Positions 30,003 to 39,604 of a stretch of 64,000 nt of DNA are shown here, in pieces. The position numbers were made by a program, and so were the translations under genes. The notes under the pieces were generated by a model. The model ran no database searches and was not told the DNA's origin. It was given only the letters and a program-made list of their open reading frames with translations. The stretch is from Thainema sp. (GTDB lineage: Bacteria > Cyanobacteriota > Cyanobacteriia > Phormidesmidales > Phormidesmidaceae): contig JBQLZK010000011.1 of NCBI GenBank assembly GCA_052168235.1, positions 30,910 to 94,909 of the forward strand. The letters are read 5' to 3'. The stretch's first letter is position 1. Each line of letters begins with the position of its first letter.

Positions 30003-31375
30003 TATCCCCTCTCAGCCACAACCGTTTAGTCAAGTCTCCGTGTAATATGCAAGTCCTCAATTCTCCATCTATGAAATCTCAATCCCAGGCTGTCGCTGGC
30101 TCTGCTCCGCCGCAGCGACGCCCCCTGCGAGTGCTCTACTACATCGCCTATTTTCAGCGGATGGCAGGAGCCAATCGCAGTTTGTTTGAACTGATTACCC
30201 ATTTGCCCGCCACGGTAACGCCCATCGTCGTGATGGCTGGGGAAGGACGAGCCGCAGACGCCTTTCGCCAAGAGGGTATTGAGGTTGTCGTTATGCCGCC
30301 AGGACAGTCACTCAATCAGTTTGGTAAAGTGATGCTGAGCTGGACATGGCGCAAGCGCATTCAAGTCGCCGTTACCGAGCTGCTGCCCTACACCCTACAC
30401 TGTCTCGCGCTGATGCGGGAATGGCAGCCAGATATTGTTCACGTTAACTGTAGTCGCGGCAACTTGATGATTGGGGCCGCCGTGCGGCTGTGGGGTTGCC
30501 CCGTTGTGGGTCACATGCGGGTACAGATCCCCTTTCACGACATTTCGCAGTGGTATTTTGAGCAGATGACGCATCGCATTATTACAGTGTGTGATGCGAT
30601 TCAGCTGGATCTCAGCCCTGCCGCTCAAACGAAGGCGATCACGATCTACAACGGCGTTCGCAAGATTGAGCAGCCAGGGCAGCCCATCCCCTGGCTTCAG
30701 TCGCTCAAGGCACAGGGGACGCTGATTGTGGCCTGTTTTGCATCGGTGGTGCCATTCAAAGGACAACATCACCTGCTGGATGCGGTGGCCGAACTCAATC
30801 GGCGGGGTTGGGGCGATCGGCTGGCGGTGTTTTGCGTCGGTGATATCGAACCGGAATATCAAGACTACGCCAGCTTTCTGATGGCAAAGCTGCAAACCCT
30901 TGGCATTCATAACGTTACCTTGACTGGCTGGCAGTCGAACCCGTTCCCCTTCTATCAGGCCGCTGATATTGAGGTACTGCCCTCCGTAACGCGCGAAGTG
31001 CTGAAATACAACGACAAAACCGTTGAGGTGAAGGGGAACGAAGGATTTCCCCGGACGCATTTGGAAGCAATGTATTTTGGGTTGCCCGTAGTTGGGACAG
31101 ATATTGCTGGTGTACGGGAGCAGATCATTGACCGCGTGAACGGCTACGTCGTGCCCCCTGGAGATGCGCTGGCACTGGCCGAAGCCCTAGAGCAACTCTT
31201 AGCCAATGCTGACTTGCGATCGCAGATGGGTCAAGTCGGTCGCGAACTGGTGCAGCAGCAGTTTTCCACAGAAGCCCATGTGGCTGGCATCCTAGGGATT
31301 TATCGAGAGCTAGCAGGAGACAAGTTTGCTTACTCTGAGGCAGAGGCAGATGAGGTTTTGGGCTATACAACGTAA
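29999..31375 (+). CDS. Glycosyltransferase family 4 (true start may be 30047)
   Basis: AGANRSL, PFKGQ, EGFPRTHLEAM. Confidence 0.9.
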   Translation: MISPLSHNRLVKSPCNMQVLNSPSMKSQSQAVAGSAPPQRRPLRVLYYIAYFQRMAGANRSLFELITHLPATVTPIVVMAGEGRAADAFRQEGIEVVVMPPGQSLNQFGKVMLSWTWRKRIQVAVTELLPYTLHCLALMREWQPDIVHVNCSRGNLMIGAAVRLWGCPVVGHMRVQIPFHDISQWYFEQMTHRIITVCDAIQLDLSPAAQTKAITIYNGVRKIEQPGQPIPWLQSLKAQGTLIVACFASVVPFKGQHHLLDAVAELNRRGWGDRLAVFCVGDIEPEYQDYASFLMAKLQTLGIHNVTLTGWQSNPFPFYQAADIEVLPSVTREVLKYNDKTVEVKGNEGFPRTHLEAMYFGLPVVGTDIAGVREQIIDRVNGYVVPPGDALALAEALEQLLANADLRSQMGQVGRELVQQQFSTEAHVAGILGIYRELAGDKFAYSEAEADEVLGYTT

Positions 31376-32888
31376 ACTGCGCCCGTTACTGTTGGGTGGG
31401 GTAGCATGTGCGATCGCGCTTTTCGTAGGGCTGTGGCCGCCTGTGAATCCTACCGTCAACGCTCAGGCGCAGACACTTTGGCAGCGCCCGGATGGAACAT
31501 CCGTGACATACTACGCGGCAGGGGATGAGTTTCTGACCGTTGCGTTTGAGCTGCTGAATGAGTACTGGAACGGCATCCAGACAGACAACCCAGATTTAGT
31601 CCGCGGATATCTGGATGCCTATTTGCCGCCTGAGCTACAAGCGCTGGGCTATGAACCTGCCGATGCGCTAATGGCCGACTTCGCCACAGCCTTCTTTACG
31701 GCTCGTCATTCCGATAGTGGCTTGATTCCCTATGCCTACGATGCGCCCATTCCCAGTAATCCCAGCGATCCAGCGGAAGCTAACTTAACCTCTGGCGGTA
31801 AACAACCCGTCAGCTTGATTGCCAGAGCGATGGAATTTTGCAACTGGTTTAACCGCGATCGCAGATTTCAAAATCAGTGCATTGAGCTGGCCCACAGCAC
31901 TATTGAGCAGTTCAATGTTCCTGATGAGGCTGGAAAACCTAATGGTCTATGGGGTTGGGTGGATGTAGCTGGCGATCTGGCCTCCCGCAGTTCCCTAACG
32001 CTGACTCAGGACTACGGCGAGGTAGCCTGGGGCATGGCTCAGCTATCGCAACAGACTAGCGACCCGCAGTTTGAGCAATGGGCTGACGAAAAATTACAGT
32101 TTGTCTGGCAGCACCCCATGCATCCAGAGCTGCCGATTCTACATGAACAGTTTGTGCTTACGCAGGCGCTAGAGCGCCCCGACGAACCCTCTAGCGATAC
32201 GGATACGCTGTACTTTGTCCGTCGCCTGTTTGACCTCTACCAGCTCACAGGCCAGCTTGAATACCGCGATTGGGCGATGGCCGTGACCGATCTCTGGTTT
32301 GAGCAAGCCTGGAACCCACAGTGGGGCCATTTTGTCCGAAAGCTTAATCCGGATGGTACACCTGCAGTCGATACGCTCTACGGCGACGGCAAATATAATA
32401 CTCTCTACATGCTGGTAAAAGCTTACGAGGTGACGGGTGATGTCGCGTATCTGGAGCGGCTGAAGCTAGCCTGGAACAATTTGGTGCAGATGGGGCAGCA
32501 GGGATTAGCACCAGCAGCCATCCGTCAAGGTAACTGGGACAGTAAAGCTGGCTTGGATACCCAGCAAACCATCTTTTTGGATATCCTGGTCAAAGCTTAC
32601 GAGGCCAGCCGCGATCGCACATTTCTCACGGCGGCTGAAACCTTGGGACAAGCCATTTTGCAGCAAGGGCCATCGGTGATGCGCTTAGAAAGCGGCCAAG
32701 CTGGCCATGCGTTTTTGAAGCTAGCCCTAGCTCGACAGCCGATCAGCCGCGTGGAACTGACGCTCTCTCAGCCCAATGAATCGCTACAAATCAATCAGGC
32801 TGGGGAAATTATCCTCCAAACAACGCCACCGACTACGGAAGTCATTGTCTACATGCCTAGCAATTCCTACGAAGTCATCACTCGCTAA
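31350..32888 (+). CDS. Secreted (alpha/alpha)6-barrel protein, glycoside hydrolase/AGE-epimerase-like
   Basis: Signal peptide ending VNAQA; repeated helix hairpins LYQLTGQLEYRDWA, AYEVTGDVAYLERL, AYEASRDRTFLTAA. Confidence 0.65.
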   Translation: MRFWAIQRKLRPLLLGGVACAIALFVGLWPPVNPTVNAQAQTLWQRPDGTSVTYYAAGDEFLTVAFELLNEYWNGIQTDNPDLVRGYLDAYLPPELQALGYEPADALMADFATAFFTARHSDSGLIPYAYDAPIPSNPSDPAEANLTSGGKQPVSLIARAMEFCNWFNRDRRFQNQCIELAHSTIEQFNVPDEAGKPNGLWGWVDVAGDLASRSSLTLTQDYGEVAWGMAQLSQQTSDPQFEQWADEKLQFVWQHPMHPELPILHEQFVLTQALERPDEPSSDTDTLYFVRRLFDLYQLTGQLEYRDWAMAVTDLWFEQAWNPQWGHFVRKLNPDGTPAVDTLYGDGKYNTLYMLVKAYEVTGDVAYLERLKLAWNNLVQMGQQGLAPAAIRQGNWDSKAGLDTQQTIFLDILVKAYEASRDRTFLTAAETLGQAILQQGPSVMRLESGQAGHAFLKLALARQPISRVELTLSQPNESLQINQAGEIILQTTPPTTEVIVYMPSNSYEVITR

Positions 32889-32920
32889 TTTCATATCGTC
32901 TATTGGCCCTAGGTCGTCTT

Positions 32921-33014
32921 GCCCTCACCCTCAATCTCTCTCCCGCAGGAGAGGAACTTCCGATCCGGCTCCTCTTCTCCTGTGGGAGAAAGAAGGCGCT
33001 GGGGGATGAGGGCA
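32921..33014. repeat. Cyanobacterial CCCTCACCC...GATGAGGG palindromic repeat
   Basis: gccctcaccctcaatctctctcccgcaggagagg...gggagaaagaaggcgctgggggatgagggc. Confidence 0.7.
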
Positions 33015-33108
33015 TCTGATGCGTTAAACACAGACCAAATAGCCATTCGCTCTCACAGATACCTGGAAATATAATCCAATTTTTGTTCAATATCGAAATA
33101 GCATTAGA

Positions 33109-33121
33109 AGGCAAAATGGCA
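33109..33121 (+). promoter_or_regulatory. Candidate operator AGGCA-AAA-TGGCA
   Basis: Motif copy ~290 bp upstream of the GT at 33410. Confidence 0.45.
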
Positions 33122-33409
33122 AGATCTAAATCCTAGATTCGCTTACATTACTAAAGTGTTTTTGACTAATAGATAATTTCCTCCGACATCAGACATAGAG
33201 CTGATTGATTCGCTAATTCAGCTTGCTGCACGGTAAAGAGAAGGTACTGTCAACTGGCAAGCATAAGCACAACAAGTTCACAGTAGGTTCGATTCTTCAA
33301 CCAACTAGAGAATTTAGAAATTCATTAATTCATTCATTGAATCGATTTTGAACATCAATTACTGAATGCAACACTAAATGCAATTCGCAGCTATTAAATA
33401 TTCTTAAAA

Positions 33410-34639
33410 ATGAAGATTTTACATGTTTGCGCCATTGGAGTGACAGCTCGTATATTGCTGCTTCCACAAATTGATTATTTGCGATCGCAGGGTTTAGAGG
33501 TTCACATTGCCTGCTCACCGGATGCCGCCGCTGCCGACTTGAGTGAGCGGGGCTATACCGTTCATCCGGTGCCAATCGATCGGCGAATTGCACCGCTGAG
33601 CAACCTGATGAGCATAGTACAGCTATTTCAGCTCATGCGGAGCGAGCAGTACGATCTGGTGCATGTGCATACCTCAATCGCCGCTGTAGTGGGGCGAATC
33701 GCCGCCAAGCTAGCTGGAGTACCGCGCATTGTCTACACAGCCCACGGCTATCCGTTCCACGAGCAGCTATCGCCCGCCAAATATTGGCTGTATTTCAGTA
33801 TTGAGAAGGGCTGCGCCAGCCTAACTGACCTCCTATTAACCCAAAGCTACGAGGACTGGATCAACAGTTCCCGCTTAGGGCTATGTCCAGCCGATAAGGT
33901 GCGGCATCTCAATAATGGCATCGACAGCCAGCGGTTCAGCCAGCAGCGGCTTGATCCAGAGCGACAGCAACAGTTGCGGCAGTTACTAGGCATCTTACCG
34001 GACGATGGCCCGATCATCGGCACCATTGGTCGCTTAACCCGCGAAAAAGGCTTTGCCTATCTGATTGAAGCCTTTGCTCAACTGATTTCGCAGTTTCCGC
34101 GTGTGCGGTTGCTGATTGTGGGCAGCGAACTCAAAACTGATCCAGAACCCTTCGAGGCCGAACTCCTGGATCGAGCGGTTGAGCTAGGAATTTGCGATCG
34201 CATTATCTTTACTGGATTTCGTGACGACGTTCCTGATCTACTGGGGCTAATGGATATCTTTACCTTACCGACCTATTTTGGCGAAGGCTTGCCCCGCTCC
34301 ATTTTGGAAGCAATGGCGATGGGGCTACCCGTTGTCACAACTGATATTCGCGGCTGTCGGGAAGCCGTTATCCCCGACCAAAATGGCTTTATCGTGCCGC
34401 CTCGTGATAGTGAACAGCTCGCCCAGGCGCTAGCCACGCTGGTGGCTGATCCAGCCATGCGGCAGCGCTTCGGTCAAACCAGTTGCGATCGTATTGAAGC
34501 CGAATATGACGAACATTTTGTCTTCCAGCGGTTGGCCGATGCCTATCGCAGTCTCGGCATTACTTTTCCAGAGCCAGCCGCTCAGGAACAAACCTCGCCC
34601 AGCACCACGGCAATTCCGACGGCAACGTCTATGGTCTAA
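33410..34639 (+). CDS. Glycosyltransferase family 4 (PglA/CapM-like)
   Basis: VHVHT, YTAHG, GRLTREKG, EGLPRSILEAMAMG, TDIRGCRE. Confidence 0.93.
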   Translation: MKILHVCAIGVTARILLLPQIDYLRSQGLEVHIACSPDAAAADLSERGYTVHPVPIDRRIAPLSNLMSIVQLFQLMRSEQYDLVHVHTSIAAVVGRIAAKLAGVPRIVYTAHGYPFHEQLSPAKYWLYFSIEKGCASLTDLLLTQSYEDWINSSRLGLCPADKVRHLNNGIDSQRFSQQRLDPERQQQLRQLLGILPDDGPIIGTIGRLTREKGFAYLIEAFAQLISQFPRVRLLIVGSELKTDPEPFEAELLDRAVELGICDRIIFTGFRDDVPDLLGLMDIFTLPTYFGEGLPRSILEAMAMGLPVVTTDIRGCREAVIPDQNGFIVPPRDSEQLAQALATLVADPAMRQRFGQTSCDRIEAEYDEHFVFQRLADAYRSLGITFPEPAAQEQTSPSTTAIPTATSMV

Positions 34640-34651
34640 GGAGACCCTAAA

Positions 34652-35344
34652 ATGTATACCCCTTCAACGATTTGGTCACTGGCACAGTGGCGACAAGCCG
34701 AACGGCGCTATCTCAGCGAGCGCCCGAATATCCGCTTCCATCTGGCAATGAAGCGCTTGTTTGACATCCTGCTAGCCGGGATCGGTCTGATCGTGATCGC
34801 TCCCCTGTTGGTACTCATTGCGATCGCAGTTCGGCTTAGTTCCCCTGGCCCTATTCTGTTTATCCAAGAGCGGCTGGGGCAATATGGCCAGCCCTTTCAG
34901 ATCTATAAGTTCCGGACAATGGTGGACGGTGCCGTCAATCTGGGAACGGGACTGGATACGTTCAAAGGTGATCCCCGCATCACAGCAGTGGGCAAGGTTT
35001 TACGGGAGTATCACCTCGACGAGCTGCCCCAACTGCTAAACGTCCTATGGGGCAACATGAGCCTAGTTGGCCCACGTCCTGTCCTGATGTCCTCTTTGGC
35101 AACCTATCAAGATTGGGAAAAGCGGCGTCTGCTGGTGCCTCCCGGCATCACGGGCTGGGAAGCGGTGCAGGGCGGGTTGCTCAATACCGTTGATGAGCGC
35201 ATTGCTTTAGATGTTTGGTACATCGAACACTGGACAATTTGGCTCGATTGCTTAATTTTGCTGAAAACCATTCCTATTGTGCTGACAAAAGAAGGAGCCT
35301 ACGGTGAAAACGGCTCCGAACGAGGCCGCGAATCTCAATATTAA
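34652..35344 (+). CDS. Priming phosphoglycosyl transferase (PglC/WcaJ catalytic-domain type)
   Basis: KRLFDI, YKFRTM, DPRIT, LDELPQL, MSLVGPRP, PGITGW. Confidence 0.95.
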   Translation: MYTPSTIWSLAQWRQAERRYLSERPNIRFHLAMKRLFDILLAGIGLIVIAPLLVLIAIAVRLSSPGPILFIQERLGQYGQPFQIYKFRTMVDGAVNLGTGLDTFKGDPRITAVGKVLREYHLDELPQLLNVLWGNMSLVGPRPVLMSSLATYQDWEKRRLLVPPGITGWEAVQGGLLNTVDERIALDVWYIEHWTIWLDCLILLKTIPIVLTKEGAYGENGSERGRESQY

Positions 35345-35388
35345 ATTGCTAATAAATTACCCAAAAATCGCCAGGAGCAACCCAAGTA

Positions 35389-36102
35389 ATGACGATTGCT
35401 GCCATCCATCAAACTCAATATTTTCCCTATCTTGGCTTTTTTCATAAGCTGTCCCAAGCCGATATTTTTATCGCGATGGATAACGTTGAATTTCTGCGGC
35501 GAGGACTACAGCACCGCAACAAGATAAAGACATCTCAAGGCGATCAGTGGCTGACAGTCCCCGTACTCCATCGACAAAAGCAGCTCATTAACCAAGTTAA
35601 AATTAATCCTGATTTTCCTTGGGCCAGAAAGCACTGGGGCGCAATCTGCACCAACTATTCACCCGCACCTTATTTTGAGCAATATGCCCAAGAATTGCAG
35701 GACATTTTGTTTCAAGATTGGCAGCATTTGCATGATTTAAATCTGGCCTTGCTAATTTGGACAATGCAAAAGCTAGAAATCGAAATTCCAATTGTTCAGC
35801 TATCAGAATTGCCTGTTACAGGCCAAAAAACTCAGCGCTTGATTGAAGCCTGTCAAGCAGTTGAGGCGGACACCTATCTATCTGGAATCGGGGGCAAAAA
35901 CTATATGGATTTAGATGAGTTTAAAGCGGCAAATATTCGAGTCATTTGGCAAGAATTTACGCCACCTACCTATCCCCAACTTTTTCCCGAAGTTGGCTTT
36001 ATCCCTAACCTGTCTATTCTAGATGTGCTGTTTTGCTGTGGGCCTGACAGTCGCGAGTTTTTGGCCGATCGTGCCGCTATGAAAACATTAGCGACGGTTT
36101 AG
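35389..36102 (+). CDS. WbqC-family protein (putative glycyl/acyl transferase)
   Basis: AIHQTQYFPYLGFFHK, RNKI, WLTVPV, YLSGIGGKNY, YPQ, NLSILDVLF. Confidence 0.92.
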   Translation: MTIAAIHQTQYFPYLGFFHKLSQADIFIAMDNVEFLRRGLQHRNKIKTSQGDQWLTVPVLHRQKQLINQVKINPDFPWARKHWGAICTNYSPAPYFEQYAQELQDILFQDWQHLHDLNLALLIWTMQKLEIEIPIVQLSELPVTGQKTQRLIEACQAVEADTYLSGIGGKNYMDLDEFKAANIRVIWQEFTPPTYPQLFPEVGFIPNLSILDVLFCCGPDSREFLADRAAMKTLATV

Positions 36103-36158
36103 TCCCCTGGCTGCCGAACAAGCTCTCTTACCTTATTCCTAAATATCTTCCCACAATG

Positions 36159-36324
36159 GCTACTGTTTACACATATCTGAATGGTTCTTTTAAATCCCAG
36201 ACTGATCCCCCTAAATCCCCCTTAAAAAGGGGGAACTTTGAGCCAATTTCCTCTTTATGAAGGGGGGCTAGGGGGGATCTCAATGTCGCAACGAAGTCCA
36301 AAAGACTTGTGTATAAACAGTAGC
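36159..36324. mobile_element. 166-bp MITE with terminal inverted repeats and an 8-bp near-duplicated target
   Basis: GCTACTGTTTA...TAAACAGTAGC; flanks CCACAATG (36151-58) / CCACAAAG (36325-32); internal GATCCCCCTAAATCCCCCTT...AAGGGGGGCTAGGGGGGATC palindrome. Confidence 0.75.
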
Positions 36325-36384
36325 CCACAAAGGACGAAATAATTTCAAACGCATTCACCTAATTGACTTTCTACCAACACATTT

Positions 36385-37056
36385 ATGATGGGTAAGCAAA
36401 TTTTAGTCATTGCCCCCCACCCCGACGATGAGGTGCTAGGCTGCGGCGGTGCGATCGCACGTCATACGGACTGCGGTGACGATGTCCACATTGCCGTCAT
36501 CACCCGTGCCGACCCAGAGCTGTATCCTGACGATGATGAAGAAGCCTTTCGCCAAGAAGTGCAGGCCGCTCATCGAATGCTGGGCGTTGCCAGCACCACC
36601 TATCTTGACTTTCCGGCCCCTCGGTTAGACACCATTCCTGGCTATCGGCTAGCGGATGCTATCAGCCAGATCATTCGCCAGATTCAGCCTCATACGGTTT
36701 ATCTGCCACACCACGGCGACATTCATGCTGATCATCAGCAGGTGTACCAGGCCACCTTGGTCGCCGCTCGACCCATTAATGGCTGTTCGGTTCGGCAACT
36801 GCTCTGCTACGAGACGCTGTCGGAAACAGAATGGTCGCCGCCTCGTGCAGATACCGTATTCACTCCCACCGTTTTTATCGATATTGAGCATTATCTAACG
36901 ACCAAGCTCAAGGCGATGGCCTGCTACAGCACCGAGCTGAAAGAATTCCCCCATCCCCGCTCTTTAGAAGCGTTAGAAGCCCTAGCGAAACTGCGGGGAG
37001 CTAGCGCAGGCTTAGTCGCGGCTGAAGCCTTTACCGTCGTCCGACAAATTTTATGA
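36385..37056 (+). CDS. PIG-L/LmbE family deacetylase
   Basis: APHPDDEVLGCGG, HGDIHADH, KLKAMACY. Confidence 0.93.
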   Translation: MMGKQILVIAPHPDDEVLGCGGAIARHTDCGDDVHIAVITRADPELYPDDDEEAFRQEVQAAHRMLGVASTTYLDFPAPRLDTIPGYRLADAISQIIRQIQPHTVYLPHHGDIHADHQQVYQATLVAARPINGCSVRQLLCYETLSETEWSPPRADTVFTPTVFIDIEHYLTTKLKAMACYSTELKEFPHPRSLEALEALAKLRGASAGLVAAEAFTVVRQIL

Positions 37057-37066
37057 GGATCGACTT

Positions 37067-38434
37067 ATGACCACTACAACTGTTAAACCGCCCTCTTCTT
37101 CCCTGCCTGAACCCAAAGGCTATCCCCTCATTGGCCATGCTCTGGACTACCGCCTGCATCCGCTCAGTTTTTACGCCCACTGCGCTGAATATGGCGACTT
37201 TGTGCGGCTGCGGTTTGGGCCACATCCAGTGTATTTTCTCAACCATCCCGATCTGATCAAATCCGTTTTCGTGACTCACGGCTCGTGCTTTATGGGACGG
37301 GCGGAAGGACGCGAATCTCGCTTTTTTGACCCGCTGTTTGGTCACGGGTTAGCCGTGAGTGAGGGCGACTTCTGGCGACGGATGCGACGGTTAGTACAGC
37401 CCATTTTTCAGCGGCAGCATTTAGCAGCCTATGGGGAGATTGCCGTAGAGATGGCTCAGGCTGAACTGGCTACCTGGCCGACAGAACAGTGGCTGGCAAT
37501 CCGCGATCGCACGACTCGTCTCACCCGCAAAATTGTGGCCAAGATCTGCTTTGGCGAAGCGGGTATCACCCATTTTGCAACCATCGAGAACGTCCTCACT
37601 GCCGCTCTGTCTGAGTATAACCACCGCGATCGCAACTGGCTCCTCTACCTCTTACCGGAGCATTTCCCTACCCCCAGCAATCGCCGCTATCAGCAGGCCG
37701 TGCGGGATTTAGATGCGTTGCTATACGATCTGATTGCCAGCCAGCGTCGCGCTGGGACAGACGATGGCTCAATGCTGACCCAGCTCCTGCAAGTGCGGGA
37801 TGAAACCGGAGCAGGCATGAGCGATCGCGAGATTCGCGATGAGCTGGTGAATGTGGTGATTGGCCATGACACCCTGTCGGACGTATTAGGCTGGGCCTGG
37901 TGGCTGATCGCTCAGCATCCCGACGTTGAAGCCAAGCTGGTGGCGGAATGGCAGACGGTACTGAACGGGCGATCGCCCATGATGGCTGACCTGCCTCAGC
38001 TCAACTACACCGAATGGGTCATCACCGAAACACTGCGCCTCTATCCCCTGGCTTGGGTCACAGGCCGAGTCTGCACCCAAGACTGCGAAATTGATGGCCA
38101 CCCCATCCACGCTGGCGAAAATGTGGTCATGTGTCAGTGGGTGACGCATCACGATGCCCGCTTCTTTGATCAACCCCACGAGTTTAATCCCGATCGCTGG
38201 CATCCCGATGCCGCCAAGCGCATTCCTCAGTATGCCTACTACCCCTTCGGTGGTGGCCCCCGAGTCTGCATTGGGCGCGGTCTCACCATGATGGAAACTA
38301 CTCTACTCCTGGCAGAAATTGGGCAACGGTTCTATCTCCATCCGTTACCGAACCAGGCCGTCACTCCCTATCCCGGCCCTTCGTTCTCTCTGCGCCCCAA
38401 ACCCAGCCTGCAAATGGAGTTGATTCCCCGTTAA
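37067..38434 (+). CDS. Cytochrome P450
   Basis: I-helix GHDT, ETLRLYP (ExxR), PDRW, heme motif FGGGPRVCIG; GAGG RBS. Confidence 0.95.
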   Translation: MTTTTVKPPSSSLPEPKGYPLIGHALDYRLHPLSFYAHCAEYGDFVRLRFGPHPVYFLNHPDLIKSVFVTHGSCFMGRAEGRESRFFDPLFGHGLAVSEGDFWRRMRRLVQPIFQRQHLAAYGEIAVEMAQAELATWPTEQWLAIRDRTTRLTRKIVAKICFGEAGITHFATIENVLTAALSEYNHRDRNWLLYLLPEHFPTPSNRRYQQAVRDLDALLYDLIASQRRAGTDDGSMLTQLLQVRDETGAGMSDREIRDELVNVVIGHDTLSDVLGWAWWLIAQHPDVEAKLVAEWQTVLNGRSPMMADLPQLNYTEWVITETLRLYPLAWVTGRVCTQDCEIDGHPIHAGENVVMCQWVTHHDARFFDQPHEFNPDRWHPDAAKRIPQYAYYPFGGGPRVCIGRGLTMMETTLLLAEIGQRFYLHPLPNQAVTPYPGPSFSLRPKPSLQMELIPR

Positions 38435-38515
38435 ACCATCGTTAACCCCGTACAGGGGCGAATGTACATCATTTTCGCCCCTACCCGCTTCTCCTGTAGA
38501 TCTCCCTTCTATGCC

Positions 38516-39604
38516 ATGCAGATCGACTTTATCTCACCCGATCATCCCCAATGGTGCGCGTTGCTCCGCGACGCACCGCATGATATCTACCATTTACCCA
38601 GCTATCTGAGCTTAGAAGCCCAGCGTACCCACACCTTGCCAGAAGCTGCTCTCATTCGTGAGGGTGATGCGGCAATGCTGCTACCTTGTCTGCTGAGGTG
38701 CGATCGCAGTTTATTCGCTGATCATGGCCTCATGGTTGAGGTGTTTGATGTGGTGTCGCCCTATGGCTATCCTGGCTTTCTGCGGAACTCAGCTGCCCAA
38801 GAGCGTTCCGGCTTCATGGCTAAAGCGTTACAAACGTTAAAGCAAGGGCTGCGGGAGCGGGGCGTTTGCTCAGCTTTTTTTCGTCTCCATCCCATCTGGG
38901 ATGCTGACCTGGAGCTTGATTTAGCGGCAGAGGAGTACTGTTTTCAGGGTGAAACGGTTTCTGTCAATCTTGCTTTAACAGAATCAGAGATTTGGAACCA
39001 TACGCGCAGCGATCATCGTAACCGGATTAACCGAGCGAAGCGCGAGGGGATGACGGCTCACATTGTGCCCTGGCACGAGGCGCTGTCTACCTTTGTGGAC
39101 ATCTACATGGAGACAATGTCGCGAGTGGGTGCAGCCGACCACTATCTGGAGTTTGACGAAGTCTACTTTGCTGAACTGGGGGGACTGTTGGGCGATCGCC
39201 TCCATCTTTGCTTGGTTGAACGCAACGGCGAAGTAGCGTCCGCTGGACTTTATACCGAATGGAATGGCGTTGTGCAGGCCATCTTCGGCGGCACCCGCAC
39301 CGCTTTTTTAAAGCAGTCTCCCAGCACCCTGGAAACCCACTGTGTCGCGCTCTGGGCCAAGAGCAGAGGGCACCGATGGCTGCACTTGGGCGGCGGCGTT
39401 GGCGCAACCCAAGATCCGCTGTTTCGCTATAAAGCGGGGTTTTCACGGCAGCGGCACCGCTTTTACACCCTGCGCCTGATTACCGATGCAGATCAGTACC
39501 ACAGCCTGATTGACCTGCGCGCCAAAATCCATGACCTGTCGCCTGAAACCCTATACCAAACCCGCTATTTTCCAGCCTACCGCGCCCCGATTGGAGAGCC
39601 ATGA
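38516..39604 (+). CDS. GNAT / FemAB-like acyltransferase
   Basis: HDIYHLPSY, SPYGYPG, FFRLHP, LHLGGG, LFRYKAGF, YFPAYR; start moved past the REP variant at 38454-38484. Confidence 0.85.
   Translation: MQIDFISPDHPQWCALLRDAPHDIYHLPSYLSLEAQRTHTLPEAALIREGDAAMLLPCLLRCDRSLFADHGLMVEVFDVVSPYGYPGFLRNSAAQERSGFMAKALQTLKQGLRERGVCSAFFRLHPIWDADLELDLAAEEYCFQGETVSVNLALTESEIWNHTRSDHRNRINRAKREGMTAHIVPWHEALSTFVDIYMETMSRVGAADHYLEFDEVYFAELGGLLGDRLHLCLVERNGEVASAGLYTEWNGVVQAIFGGTRTAFLKQSPSTLETHCVALWAKSRGHRWLHLGGGVGATQDPLFRYKAGFSRQRHRFYTLRLITDADQYHSLIDLRAKIHDLSPETLYQTRYFPAYRAPIGEP

Noticed and set aside
18473..37056. Aminoglycoside antibiotic cluster (aminotransferase, GMC, PIG-L, GT4)
   Set aside because: No cyclitol synthase or resistance gene seen; complete Wzx/Wzy export machinery explains the context better
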